Positions 36,883 through 45,869 of a DNA stretch of 64,000 nt are shown piece after piece. This DNA is from Escherichia coli (GTDB lineage: Bacteria > Pseudomonadota > Gammaproteobacteria > Enterobacterales > Enterobacteriaceae). Position numbers and translations under genes: made by a program. The DNA lies in the NCBI RefSeq assembly GCF_011045215.1, contig NZ_CP049201.1. The stretch is one strand, 5' to 3'. Numbering within the stretch: the stretch's first letter is position 1; each line of letters opens with the position of its first letter. The notes under the pieces are model-generated. The model saw only the letters and a list, made by a program, of their open reading frames with translations, was not told the DNA's origin and searched no databases.

Positions 36883-38604
36883 ATGCGCGCTTTGCTACCC
36901 TATCTGGCACTGTATAAACGTCATAAATGGATGTTAAGTCTTGGTATTGTGCTGGCAATTGTGACGCTGCTCGCCAGTATCGGTCTGTTGACACTTTCCG
37001 GCTGGTTTCTCTCGGCCTCAGCGGTTGCGGGGGTTGCCGGACTGTACAGCTTCAACTATATGCTACCCGCTGCGGGCGTGCGTGGTGCAGCAATCACCCG
37101 TACTGCCGGGCGTTATTTTGAACGTCTGGTAAGTCACGACGCGACTTTCCGCGTGTTGCAGCATCTGCGCATTTACACCTTCAGCAAATTGTTGCCCCTC
37201 TCCCCTGCCGGACTGGCGCGCTATCGTCAGGGCGAATTGCTCAACCGCGTGGTGGCGGATGTTGATACGCTCGATCATCTTTACCTGCGCGTTATCTCGC
37301 CGCTGGTGGGCGCTTTTGTGGTGATTATGGTGGTGACAGTCGGGTTAAGTTTCCTTGATTTCACCCTCGCCTTTACGCTGGGCGGCATTATGTTACTGAC
37401 GCTTTTCCTGATGCCACCGCTGTTTTATCGTGCGGGAAAAAGCACCGGGCAAAATCTGACTCATCTTCGCGGACAGTATCGCCAACAACTGACGGCCTGG
37501 CTGCAAGGGCAAGCTGAGCTGACCATTTTTGGTGCCAGCGATCGTTATCGCACGCAACTAGAGAATACAGAAATTCAATGGCTGGAAGCGCAACGCCGTC
37601 AATCTGAACTGACCGCATTGTCGCAAGCGATAATGCTGCTCATTGGCGCGTTAGCGGTGATCCTGATGCTGTGGATGGCGTCTGGCGGCGTTGGCGGCAA
37701 TGCTCAACCCGGCGCGTTAATTGCCCTGTTTGTCTTTTGCGCGTTAGCCGCGTTTGAAGCACTGGCACCAGTAACGGGTGCATTTCAGCATCTGGGGCAA
37801 GTCATTGCCTCTGCCGTTCGGATCACTGATTTAACGGATCAAAAACCGGAGGTCACCTTCCCTGATACCCAAACTCGTGTTGCCAATCGCGTTTCGCTGA
37901 CGTTACGGGATGTTCAGTTCACTTATCCGGAGCAATCTCAACAGGCACTTAAAGGGATTTCTCTTCAGGTAAACGCCGGGGAACATATAGCGATTCTCGG
38001 GCGAACCGGATGCGGCAAATCAACACTGTTACAACTGCTGACCCGCGCATGGGACCCGCAACAGGGCGAGATTTTGCTTAACGATAGCCCCATAGCCAGC
38101 CTGAATGAAGCGGCTCTACGACAGACCATCAGCGTTGTTCCTCAGCGAGTGCATCTGTTTAGCGCCACGCTGCGTGATAATCTGTTACTCGCCTCGCCTG
38201 GCAGTAGTGATGAGGCTCTGGCGGTGATCTTACGTCGCGTTGGTCTGGAGAAGCTGCTCGAGGATGCAGGTCTCAACAGTTGGTTAGGTGAAGGCGGACG
38301 CCAGCTCTCCGGTGGTGAACTGCGCCGTCTGGCTATCGCCCGTGCGCTGTTACATGATGCGCCACTGGTGTTGCTGGATGAACCTACCGAAGGCTTAGAT
38401 GCCACAACCGAAAGCCGGATCCTTGAATTGCTTGCAGAAATGATGCGTGAGAAAACGGTGTTAATGGTCACCCATCGACTTCGCGGACTCTCTCGTTTCC
38501 AGCAAATAATAGTGATGGACAACGGGCAAATTATTGAGCAAGGTACTCACGCAGAACTGCTTGCCAGACAGGGGCGTTATTACCAGTTCAAGCAGGGTTT
38601 GTAA
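36883..38604 (+). CDS. cydC: Cysteine/glutathione ABC exporter subunit CydC
   Basis: 573-aa ORF with Walker A GRTGCGKST; start overlaps the cydD stop. Confidence 0.95.
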   Translation: MRALLPYLALYKRHKWMLSLGIVLAIVTLLASIGLLTLSGWFLSASAVAGVAGLYSFNYMLPAAGVRGAAITRTAGRYFERLVSHDATFRVLQHLRIYTFSKLLPLSPAGLARYRQGELLNRVVADVDTLDHLYLRVISPLVGAFVVIMVVTVGLSFLDFTLAFTLGGIMLLTLFLMPPLFYRAGKSTGQNLTHLRGQYRQQLTAWLQGQAELTIFGASDRYRTQLENTEIQWLEAQRRQSELTALSQAIMLLIGALAVILMLWMASGGVGGNAQPGALIALFVFCALAAFEALAPVTGAFQHLGQVIASAVRITDLTDQKPEVTFPDTQTRVANRVSLTLRDVQFTYPEQSQQALKGISLQVNAGEHIAILGRTGCGKSTLLQLLTRAWDPQQGEILLNDSPIASLNEAALRQTISVVPQRVHLFSATLRDNLLLASPGSSDEALAVILRRVGLEKLLEDAGLNSWLGEGGRQLSGGELRRLAIARALLHDAPLVLLDEPTEGLDATTESRILELLAEMMREKTVLMVTHRLRGLSRFQQIIVMDNGQIIEQGTHAELLARQGRYYQFKQGL

Positions 38605-38645
38605 GCTATTATTGAACGATCCGACTTGCGTGGAGTTTTGCGGTC

Positions 38646-39350
38646 ATGCGCCTGGTTCAGCTTTCTCGCCATTCAATAGCCTTCCCTTCCCCGGAAGGCG
38701 CATTACGTGAGCCTAACGGCCTGCTGGCACTTGGGGGCGATCTTAGCCCTGCGCGCCTGTTAATGGCTTACCAGCGTGGTATTTTTCCGTGGTTTTCTCC
38801 AGGCGACCCCATCCTCTGGTGGTCGCCCGATCCTCGCGCGGTGCTATGGCCAGAATCACTGCATATCAGCCGTAGTATGAAGCGATTTCATAAACGCTCG
38901 CCCTATCGTGTCACGATGAATTACGCTTTTGGTCAGGTCATTGAAGGCTGTGCCAGCGATCGCGAAGAAGGAACCTGGATCACGCGTGGCGTGGTCGAAG
39001 CCTACCATCGCCTTCACGAACTCGGTCATGCCCACTCCATTGAAGTCTGGCGTGAAGATGAGCTTGTCGGCGGTATGTACGGCGTGGCCCAGGGAACGCT
39101 ATTTTGTGGCGAGTCCATGTTCAGCCGGATGGAAAATGCGTCTAAAACGGCGCTTCTGGTATTCTGTGAGGAATTTATCGGTCATGGCGGTAAGCTTATC
39201 GACTGCCAGGTCCTTAACGATCACACAGCATCGCTTGGTGCCTGCGAAATTCCCCGTCGGGATTATCTGAATTATCTCAATCAAATGCGCCTCGGACGAT
39301 TGCCGAATAATTTCTGGGTACCACGATGCTTGTTTTCACCACAAGAATGA
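38646..39350 (+). CDS. aat: Leucyl/phenylalanyl-tRNA--protein transferase
   Basis: 234-aa [53 protein letters not shown]... Confidence 0.95.
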
Positions 39351-39631
39351 ATGTTTTCGGCACATTTCTCCCCAGAGTGTTATAATTGCGGTCGCAGAGT
39401 TGGTTACGCTCATTACCCCGCTGCCGATAAGGAATTTTTCGCGTCAGGTAACGCCCATCGTTTATCTCACCGCTCCCTTATACGTTGCGCTTTTGGTGCG
39501 GCTTAGCCGTGTGTTTTCGGAGTAATGTGCCGAACCTGTTTGTTGCGATTTAGCGCGCAAATCTTTACTTATTTACAGAACTTCGGCATTATCTTGCCGG
39601 TTCAAATTACGGTAGTGATACCCCAGAGGAT

Positions 39632-39853
<222 letters not shown>

Positions 39854-39893
39854 TTGTTTTACCGCCTGATGGGCGAAGAGAAAGAACGAGTAA

Positions 39894-39927
39894 AAGGTCG
39901 GTTTAACCGGCCTTTTTATTTTGTGAT
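39894..39927 (+). terminator. Putative infA terminator (approximate)
   Basis: AGGTCGGTTTAACCGGCCT hairpin followed by TTTTTATTTT. Confidence 0.55.
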
Positions 39928-40106
39928 ATGTATGAAGTACTTTGGAAGTATAAGTCCGTAACTTGTCTCGATGTAGATATACTGCACAACTTGTTTACAG
40001 TATGAGCAAACAATAATTATCATTAAAATTCTTCTTGACCGTTTTACTCCAACTCCCTATAGTAGCGCCCCGTTGCCACCCATGAGGTTTGGCAGCAAAA
40101 CAATTT

Positions 40107-40194
40107 GGTGAGGTGTCCGAGTGGCTGAAGGAGCACGCCTGGAAAGTGTGTATACGGCAACGTATCGGGGGTTCGAATCCCCCCCTCACCGCCA
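40107..40194 (+). tRNA. serW: tRNA-Ser (GGA anticodon, serW-type), 88 nt with long variable arm
   Basis: GGTGAGGTGTCCGAGTGGCTGAAGGAGCACGCCTGGAAAGTGTGTATACGGCAACGTATCGGGGGTTCGAATCCCCCCCTCACCGCCA read directly; coordinates anchored to ORF 40121, which starts at tRNA position 15. Confidence 0.9.
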
Positions 40195-40200
40195 GATTAT

Positions 40201-40238
40201 AAGCGCATGTTATTGTTTAACATGCGCTTTTTTATTTT
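40201..40238 (+). terminator. Rho-independent terminator immediately 3' of the tRNA (approximate)
   Basis: AAGCGCATGTTA-ttgtt-TAACATGCGCTT followed by TTTTTATTTT. Confidence 0.7.
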
Positions 40239-40343
40239 CCCTTTCAGACAGTATGCCATCGGGTATGCCATCTGAAACCGGTTTATATGCCCCGCGATCA
40301 TATCTTATCGGACAATTTCCGATCTTTGAGCATACTGGCAAAG

Positions 40344-41186
40344 CTATACTGCCAGCATATCAGGATAGTGTTTTGCGATAATATCATTCAGTCTGTCAAC
40401 CAGTTCTGGTTTTCTGAACGTGATATGCGCGGAGCCCTTCTTAAAATATCTGATGCTGAACATCTCATCTTCATAGTCCTCTTTACCCTGAACAGACTGG
40501 ATGTGATCATCCAGACGAAGGGTGATGTTTTCCCGGGTGTCGGGGATCGGTTTGCCGCTGAACAGATGCAGCATTCTTTCCAGATCGGCAAGTCTATCTG
40601 CCTGTTGCCCGCTGTTCAGATGAAATCCCCACCGGTCCCATCTCACCAGATTGTTGACGATAATTTTACTGCCAAATTTGCAGGGTGAATTGGTTTTGTA
40701 ATTCCAGCTCAGTCCCCTGAAAACGTTGATCACCCCTCGCTCAAACACTTCATCTTTGTTCTGGTGCAGTTGTTCAAACGTGCTCAGGATATTCGCTTCG
40801 CTGATTTCCGGAAAATTATCGTACTCCAGTGACCGGTACCATGTATCACGGGCTTGTGCATCCATTAATGACAGCATCCCTGAACGTTGCATCAGGTCAC
40901 GCCAGATTTCGCGGTCAAGGTTGCGGGTGATGGCTTTCATTGCGGTTTCCGGTTTCTCCATGAGCCAGCAGCCACAGCGAAAATCCTGTTTCATGGCCCA
41001 GTCCAGTGCGGTTTTACCTCCAATGCTTTCCGTCAGCACCGAGATTTCTGCCAGTTGCCGGATAAGCGTGTCGATTTGCAGCAGTGTACTTTTTCGTACA
41101 GCCAGAATGTGGCGGATACTGGTTGAGCAGATAACGTCCGTATGCCCGTTGACAACTTCCGGACGAGAGGCTGTGATATCAGACAT
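40344..41186 (-). CDS. Hypothetical protein, tentatively DUF4942-like, at the edge of the CP4-like module
   Basis: 280-aa ORF with no recognisable catalytic motif; first island gene after serW. The DUF assignment is from recollection, not a domain search. Confidence 0.55.
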   Translation of the reverse strand: MSDITASRPEVVNGHTDVICSTSIRHILAVRKSTLLQIDTLIRQLAEISVLTESIGGKTALDWAMKQDFRCGCWLMEKPETAMKAITRNLDREIWRDLMQRSGMLSLMDAQARDTWYRSLEYDNFPEISEANILSTFEQLHQNKDEVFERGVINVFRGLSWNYKTNSPCKFGSKIIVNNLVRWDRWGFHLNSGQQADRLADLERMLHLFSGKPIPDTRENITLRLDDHIQSVQGKEDYEDEMFSIRYFKKGSAHITFRKPELVDRLNDIIAKHYPDMLAV

Positions 41187-41282
41187 AATCGATATTCCTT
41201 TTTGCAGATAAATGAAAACGCCAGCCCTGTTCAGGCTGGCGTCAGTGGAATGAAGTCTGGTGAGTGAGATGATGAGTGAAAC

Positions 41283-41480
41283 TCACCGGTTCGGGGGCTG
41301 AAGCTGCAGTTGGCGCAGGGTACGGATATCCTCCCTGGCCTGTTCAATACAGGACAACAGGGCTGTCGAATCCGTTTTATCCTCATCGTTGTCAAAGATA
41401 ATTCCGGATTCACAGTCGATATTGTCCTGCAGCCACGCAATCAGAATATCCAGTGCGGTTTCCGTGGTTAATGATTTCAT
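41283..41480 (-). CDS. Small hypothetical protein (CP4-like module)
   Basis: ORF 41283..41525; the probable start is the internal MKSLTTETALDILIAWLQDN..., which avoids overlap with the upstream gene. Confidence 0.35.
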   Translation of the reverse strand: MKSLTTETALDILIAWLQDNIDCESGIIFDNDEDKTDSTALLSCIEQAREDIRTLRQLQLQPPNR

Positions 41481-41491
41481 GTTGTTCCTGG

Positions 41492-41980
41492 TTACCAGTT
41501 GAAAGTGGGTAAGCCCGGCAGGCATTCAGCGCTGGCATCCAGATGAATGAGACTGACGCCATAACGTCGGGTAAGTGTGACAACCAGACGACGGAACGTT
41601 TTTGACAGGCCCAGGCGCTTAAGCCGCAGAACCGGGTATGACCACGCACCGGTACGTAACAGATATCCGCTACCTGTGAAATGAATCCATTCTGATTCGC
41701 CAGTGTCATTCGTCTGATGTGATAGTGAGTACAGCCAGGCGTTGTCCTTTGCCGTGATATGCGCGGTACTGCAGCGTATGCCGGTCAGGGCCGCAGATGG
41801 TGGCGTGCGCTCTGCTGATGTCCGGTCAGATTCATCAACAACACGAAGGGAGTAGCCATTGTCGCAGGCCACGTTAATCAGTTCAGCGAGATTAACACCA
41901 TCGACGTCAACGACAATGCGCCCCATGTTCAGCGTCTGCACGTTAATACTGTCAGCTTCCAGCGTCAGGGAAAGTTTCAT
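41492..41980 (-). CDS. Hypothetical protein downstream of the cbtA-like toxin (YeeW position in CP4-type elements)
   Basis: 162-aa ORF whose ATG overlaps the stop of the upstream cbtA-like gene (ATGA-type overlap at 41977..41980). Confidence 0.5.
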   Translation of the reverse strand: MKLSLTLEADSINVQTLNMGRIVVDVDGVNLAELINVACDNGYSLRVVDESDRTSAERTPPSAALTGIRCSTAHITAKDNAWLYSLSHQTNDTGESEWIHFTGSGYLLRTGAWSYPVLRLKRLGLSKTFRRLVVTLTRRYGVSLIHLDASAECLPGLPTFNW

Positions 41981-42357
41981 TGTTTCGCCTCCGGATGCTT
42001 ACCCAGGGTAATGTTATTTACCGTTCTGTAATTGTCGCGGGTCATCAGGCCTGTCGCCCGGCGGGCCCGGAGGATATCGATGCTGTTTATTAACTGAGAG
42101 TGGGTACAGGTGCTGAATCCCGGCTGGTCAGTACGCACCAGTGCGTATTTTTCCACGAGAAAGTTCACCGCATCGCACAGTGAAATGCCGGCCTCAATAT
42201 GCTGCTCAATCACACGTTCATCAGCGAACGGTGTGTCATTCAGCGTAAGGCCGTAGTGCTGGTCCAGTAGTCGGGAGAGCAGTGTCTGCCAGATGGTGAC
42301 GGGAGACGGGCTGCGCGATGCCTCCCGTACGTGTGTATCGGGTAATGTTTTCATACT
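41977..42357 (-). CDS. cbtA: CbtA/YeeV-family toxin (inhibitor of FtsZ/MreB polymerisation)
   Basis: ORF 41977..42495; family-typical start at the internal MKTLPDTHVREASRSPSPVTIWQTLLSRLLDQHYGLTLNDTPF, giving ~126 aa. Confidence 0.8.
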   Translation of the reverse strand, partial: SMKTLPDTHVREASRSPSPVTIWQTLLSRLLDQHYGLTLNDTPFADERVIEQHIEAGISLCDAVNFLVEKYALVRTDQPGFSTCTHSQLINSIDILRARRATGLMTRDNYRTVNNITLGKHPEAKQ

Positions 42358-42443
42358 GAAGATTTTCCTGATATGAGAGATTAAATTTTGAGGAGAGTAG
42401 TGCTGTAGCGCACCGGGCCGGAGCAGACGATTATTTCGGTGGT

Positions 42444-42812
42444 TTACTTTTTCGTTTCGGGTGTCGGATAAACAGCCAGATAAACGTAACCACAACTACC
42501 GAGGGTGTCGGCTTTGCAGGTCAGCCCTTTGGCATACAGCGTGACGGTATGCTGATGGCGGGGATTCAGTTCACCGCTGGTGAGCATGAGTTCCAGTTGT
42601 TTCATCAGCAGCGGAAAGGCCTGGTCCAGATGGTACGCATCCGCGTCGCTGAACCGGCCTCTGATACCGGCGCGGTCTGCAAGGTAATGCAACCGGTTAC
42701 CCTCCTGCACCAGACGTGCTCCGAAACAAGGTGTCACGGTACAGGGCAGTCCCCACCAGGGGCGGCCGCGATTGTCGTCGGGATGAGTTGTCTCATGGAG
42801 TGTGTCTGACAC
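42444..42812 (-). CDS. cbeA: CbeA/YeeU-family antitoxin
   Basis: 122-aa ORF MSDTLHETTHPDDNRGRPWWGLPCTVTPCFGARLVQEGNRLHYLADRAGIRG... immediately upstream of the toxin gene. Confidence 0.8.
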   Translation of the reverse strand: MSDTLHETTHPDDNRGRPWWGLPCTVTPCFGARLVQEGNRLHYLADRAGIRGRFSDADAYHLDQAFPLLMKQLELMLTSGELNPRHQHTVTLYAKGLTCKADTLGSCGYVYLAVYPTPETKK

Positions 42813-42886
42813 AATAAAATCCTCACAAAAAATCAGTTAAGAATGGTCCGGTGGCAGCGATAATTCTGCTCATCATTTCTCCTGAC

Positions 42887-43108
42887 TCAGTTCAGAGTGA
42901 CGCTCATCAGCCGGACATACGGGCCAAAACTGTCCTTACGGCGTTCTGCAAACACGGCCAGCACACCGGGAATATCCTGCACTTCACGACCGGTATACGC
43001 CTCAGCACTGCCGTGCCAGCGGTATTTGCCGGTACAGAACGGAAAAAGACGGGATGCAGGATGTTGTTGGTGAATACGCATGGCTTCACCACGGGTGATA
43101 ATTTTCAT
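42887..43108 (-). CDS. yeeT: DUF987 protein (YeeT/YkfH family)
   Basis: 73-aa ORF MKIITRGEAMRIHQQHPASRLFPFCTGKYRWHGSAEAYTGREVQD... Confidence 0.7.
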   Translation of the reverse strand: MKIITRGEAMRIHQQHPASRLFPFCTGKYRWHGSAEAYTGREVQDIPGVLAVFAERRKDSFGPYVRLMSVTLN

Positions 43109-43176
43109 GGTGGGATACCTCTGAAGACAGAAGATAAAAGTGAAAACAGGTGTGATGTGGTTGTGACGGTGACGGG

Positions 43177-43653
43177 TTAAAGCAGACCGTGTTCCGCAAA
43201 GGAGAAAACCTGGTTGCCTCCGACTATCAGATGGTCCGGCACCCGGATGTCCACCAGGGCCAGCGCCTGTACCAGACGTTCGGTGATAAGCCGGTCTGCC
43301 TTACTGGGTGTGACTTCACCGGACGGATGATTGTGTGCCAGCACCACGGCTGCGGCATTGTGATACAGGGCGCGTTTAATCACTTCCCGGGGATGGACTT
43401 CCGTGCGGTTGATAGTGCCGGTGAAGAGGGTTTCACCGGCAATCAGCTGATTCTGGTTATTCAGATACAGCACCCGGAATTCTTCACGCTCCAGTCCCGC
43501 CATGTTCAGAATCAGCCATTCCCGTGCCGCATGCGTGGAGGTGAAGGCCACGCCGGGTTCATGAAGATGGCGGTCCAGGGTTTTCAGGGCCCGCTGAATG
43601 AGACTGCGCTCGCCGGGCGTCATCTCTCCGGGCAGAAAGGAAAGCTGTTGCAT
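43177..43653 (-). CDS. yeeS: RadC-like JAB-domain protein (YeeS/YkfG family)
   Basis: ORF 43177..43668; probable start MQQLSFLPGEM...; JAMM-like HNHPSG motif. Confidence 0.8.
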   Translation of the reverse strand: MQQLSFLPGEMTPGERSLIQRALKTLDRHLHEPGVAFTSTHAAREWLILNMAGLEREEFRVLYLNNQNQLIAGETLFTGTINRTEVHPREVIKRALYHNAAAVVLAHNHPSGEVTPSKADRLITERLVQALALVDIRVPDHLIVGGNQVFSFAEHGLL

Positions 43654-43668
43654 TGCCCCTGCCTCCAT

Positions 43669-44154
43669 TCAGTCGATGATGCGCATAATGGCGCTGCATT
43701 CCGGATGTTGCAGGGCGTAATCCCGCAACCGATAATAATGGACCGTCATGGCATAACACTCCGTACGACAGGCATGATGACTGTACGTCATCAGACAGGC
43801 GGCAATGCCGGCGGCTTCCGGACTCATTTCAGCGCGGTTACCGTTCATGGCATTGAACAGTACCCATGTTTCGTCATCATCGTCATCCGGTTCGGGTGCC
43901 ATAAATGCCCCGCCGTTGTTCAGGGTGTACAGATTCCAGATACCACCGCAGTAGTCTTCGCACAGACGGTCCATCCAGCCGAAGACACGGGGTTCCAGGG
44001 TCACCCACTGTGGAATGAGGCCAAAGTGCTGCGGCCAGAAGCTGATGCGCTGTTCATCAGGGACGGGAGTGGCAACCAACTGAGACTGGTTATTCCCTGA
44101 TGCAGTAGTTACGGAAACAGAAGGTGTGGTGGAGCTATGCGAAAAGGTTGTCAT
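43669..44154 (-). CDS. Antirestriction protein (ArdB/KlcA/YafX-like)
   Basis: 161-aa ORF in the family-typical position between the DUF932 gene and the RadC-like gene; acidic DDDDDE stretch. Confidence 0.7.
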   Translation of the reverse strand: MTTFSHSSTTPSVSVTTASGNNQSQLVATPVPDEQRISFWPQHFGLIPQWVTLEPRVFGWMDRLCEDYCGGIWNLYTLNNGGAFMAPEPDDDDDETWVLFNAMNGNRAEMSPEAAGIAACLMTYSHHACRTECYAMTVHYYRLRDYALQHPECSAIMRIID

Positions 44155-44245
44155 GAGATGATTCCTTATAAAAAGTAAATGAATGGAAGAATGCCTGGGG
44201 ATTGGTACAGACGTGAGTCAGGGCTGCACTTTCAGGGAAACAGCA

Positions 44246-45064
44246 TTAGCGCATGCTCTCCAGCAGCGTTTCTGCCATCACCCACAATGCGCGATTGAGC
44301 TTAATGTCCGTGTCGATGCTGTGAATGGCACGGGTGTGGATACGTTTTCCTTTAGCGCTGCGACCGGAAATTCCGCCTTTCAGCATATTCTCCTGAATGG
44401 TCTGATAAGCACTCCACAGGTCCTTACCGTAATCCTCCCTGCGTCGTGGTGTCAGAATGTCGGCGGTGGTGACGGGCTGATGTTCGTCACCATAACGGTA
44501 AGTCAGTGCCGCCTGTGCCAGCGCCTGGTGTGCCGGTGGCGGCAGAATCAGCGACTGCATGGCATCACGCTTTTCCTCAATCCGGTCAAAAACGCCCACC
44601 ACTTCGTAAGCCCCTTCAATAACTTTCTCCACCACGTCTCCCCGGTGCGGAACACGCACCTCTCCCAGAGACTGACCGCAGACGCACCCGTTCTGACAAA
44701 CGAATCTGAAGTAACCCGGCAGCATCTGGTAGCTGGAGGTACCGTCATGGGAATTGAGCAGGATGATTTCCGGGACATGCTGTCCGTTTATCTCTCCGGC
44801 CCGCCGCAGACGCAGCATGTGTTTGGTATACCCCCGGCGGCCCGGGTCACGTACGCGGGTCTGGCAGGCGAAGAAGGGCTGAAAGCCCTCCCGCTGCAGA
44901 CTTTCCAGCACGGTGATGGTGGGGATATACGTATAGCGTTCACTGCGGGAGGTATGCCGGTCTTCCCCAAAAATACCGGGTACATAGTGCATCAGCTCTT
45001 CATGTGTCAGCGGACGGTCACGGCGTATCTGGTTCGCATAACCAAAACGACTTGCTAATCGCAT
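44246..45064 (-). CDS. DUF932-domain protein (YfjQ/YafZ family)
   Basis: 272-aa ORF MRLASRFGYANQIRRDRPLTHEELMHYVPGIFGEDRHTSRSERYTYIPT... Confidence 0.75.
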   Translation of the reverse strand: MRLASRFGYANQIRRDRPLTHEELMHYVPGIFGEDRHTSRSERYTYIPTITVLESLQREGFQPFFACQTRVRDPGRRGYTKHMLRLRRAGEINGQHVPEIILLNSHDGTSSYQMLPGYFRFVCQNGCVCGQSLGEVRVPHRGDVVEKVIEGAYEVVGVFDRIEEKRDAMQSLILPPPAHQALAQAALTYRYGDEHQPVTTADILTPRRREDYGKDLWSAYQTIQENMLKGGISGRSAKGKRIHTRAIHSIDTDIKLNRALWVMAETLLESMR

Positions 45065-45338
45065 GATCTGCTCCTTATGAATGATTAAGCGGTATAAATG
45101 AAAAAGCCGCAGCTCCCGGAGAAGACGCGGCCTGATGGATGATGTTTATTGTCTGAGGTACCCTTCACGGGCGGGCCACGCATTAAGCTGTTATGACAGC
45201 AACCGCCTGCCCGTATGAGAAAGATCCTTCAGCCAGGACATACTCTGTGTAACCCGGCATATCTGTTTTCTCCTGATAAATAAAAAGCCTCTGCCACGCG
45301 TTGTGACAGAGGCTGAAGCATGAAACTGACTTCAGGGA

Positions 45339-45794
45339 TCAGTTAACGTTTTTTCCGGAAACGGTAATTAGCAGTGGATGGTAGTCCTGGGGATCGAAAA
45401 CCGATAACGGCAGACTGACACGATGGCCGTTACTTTCTTCAGTTGCTTTAATGATTTCGGTTGTGGCGACATTTTCCACGCACTCCGTTTCCAGAAATGC
45501 GTCTGTGGTTCGCGTGGCATCACTGTCACCAAAGGCTTCCGTTTCCATTTTTCTGGTCACCAGCCTCTGACCATATTTGTCTTTGAGTTGCAGAGTGATG
45601 GTGAGGGGGCCAAATCCTTCTCCGTTTCCGCCATTATCCAGCCGGAACTGGTAAGCACAAATATTTCCCGGGAGCCATATCGTATCTGTATTGCGTATAC
45701 TGATGTAACGTTGATCCTGTGCCCGGAGTGGGGCAGACCACGTTAACCCCAGAATGACGCCGGTAATAATGCAGGTTTTGAACAGGTGAATCAT
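45339..45794 (-). CDS. Putative secreted/lipoprotein-like small protein (CP4-like module)
   Basis: 151-aa ORF with N-terminal signal peptide MIHLFKTCIITGVILGLTWSAPLRA. Confidence 0.45.
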   Translation of the reverse strand: MIHLFKTCIITGVILGLTWSAPLRAQDQRYISIRNTDTIWLPGNICAYQFRLDNGGNGEGFGPLTITLQLKDKYGQRLVTRKMETEAFGDSDATRTTDAFLETECVENVATTEIIKATEESNGHRVSLPLSVFDPQDYHPLLITVSGKNVN

Positions 45795-45869
45795 GGTATT
45801 TACCTCTCTGAGTCATGACGATGACACTGACAAATCAGGTGATAAAACGTAAAAGGTGCAGAATACTCG

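Noticed and set aside
43189-44100. 303-aa plus-strand ORF
   Set aside because: Antisense to the RadC-like and antirestriction genes, which fit the conserved CP4 module on the minus strand.
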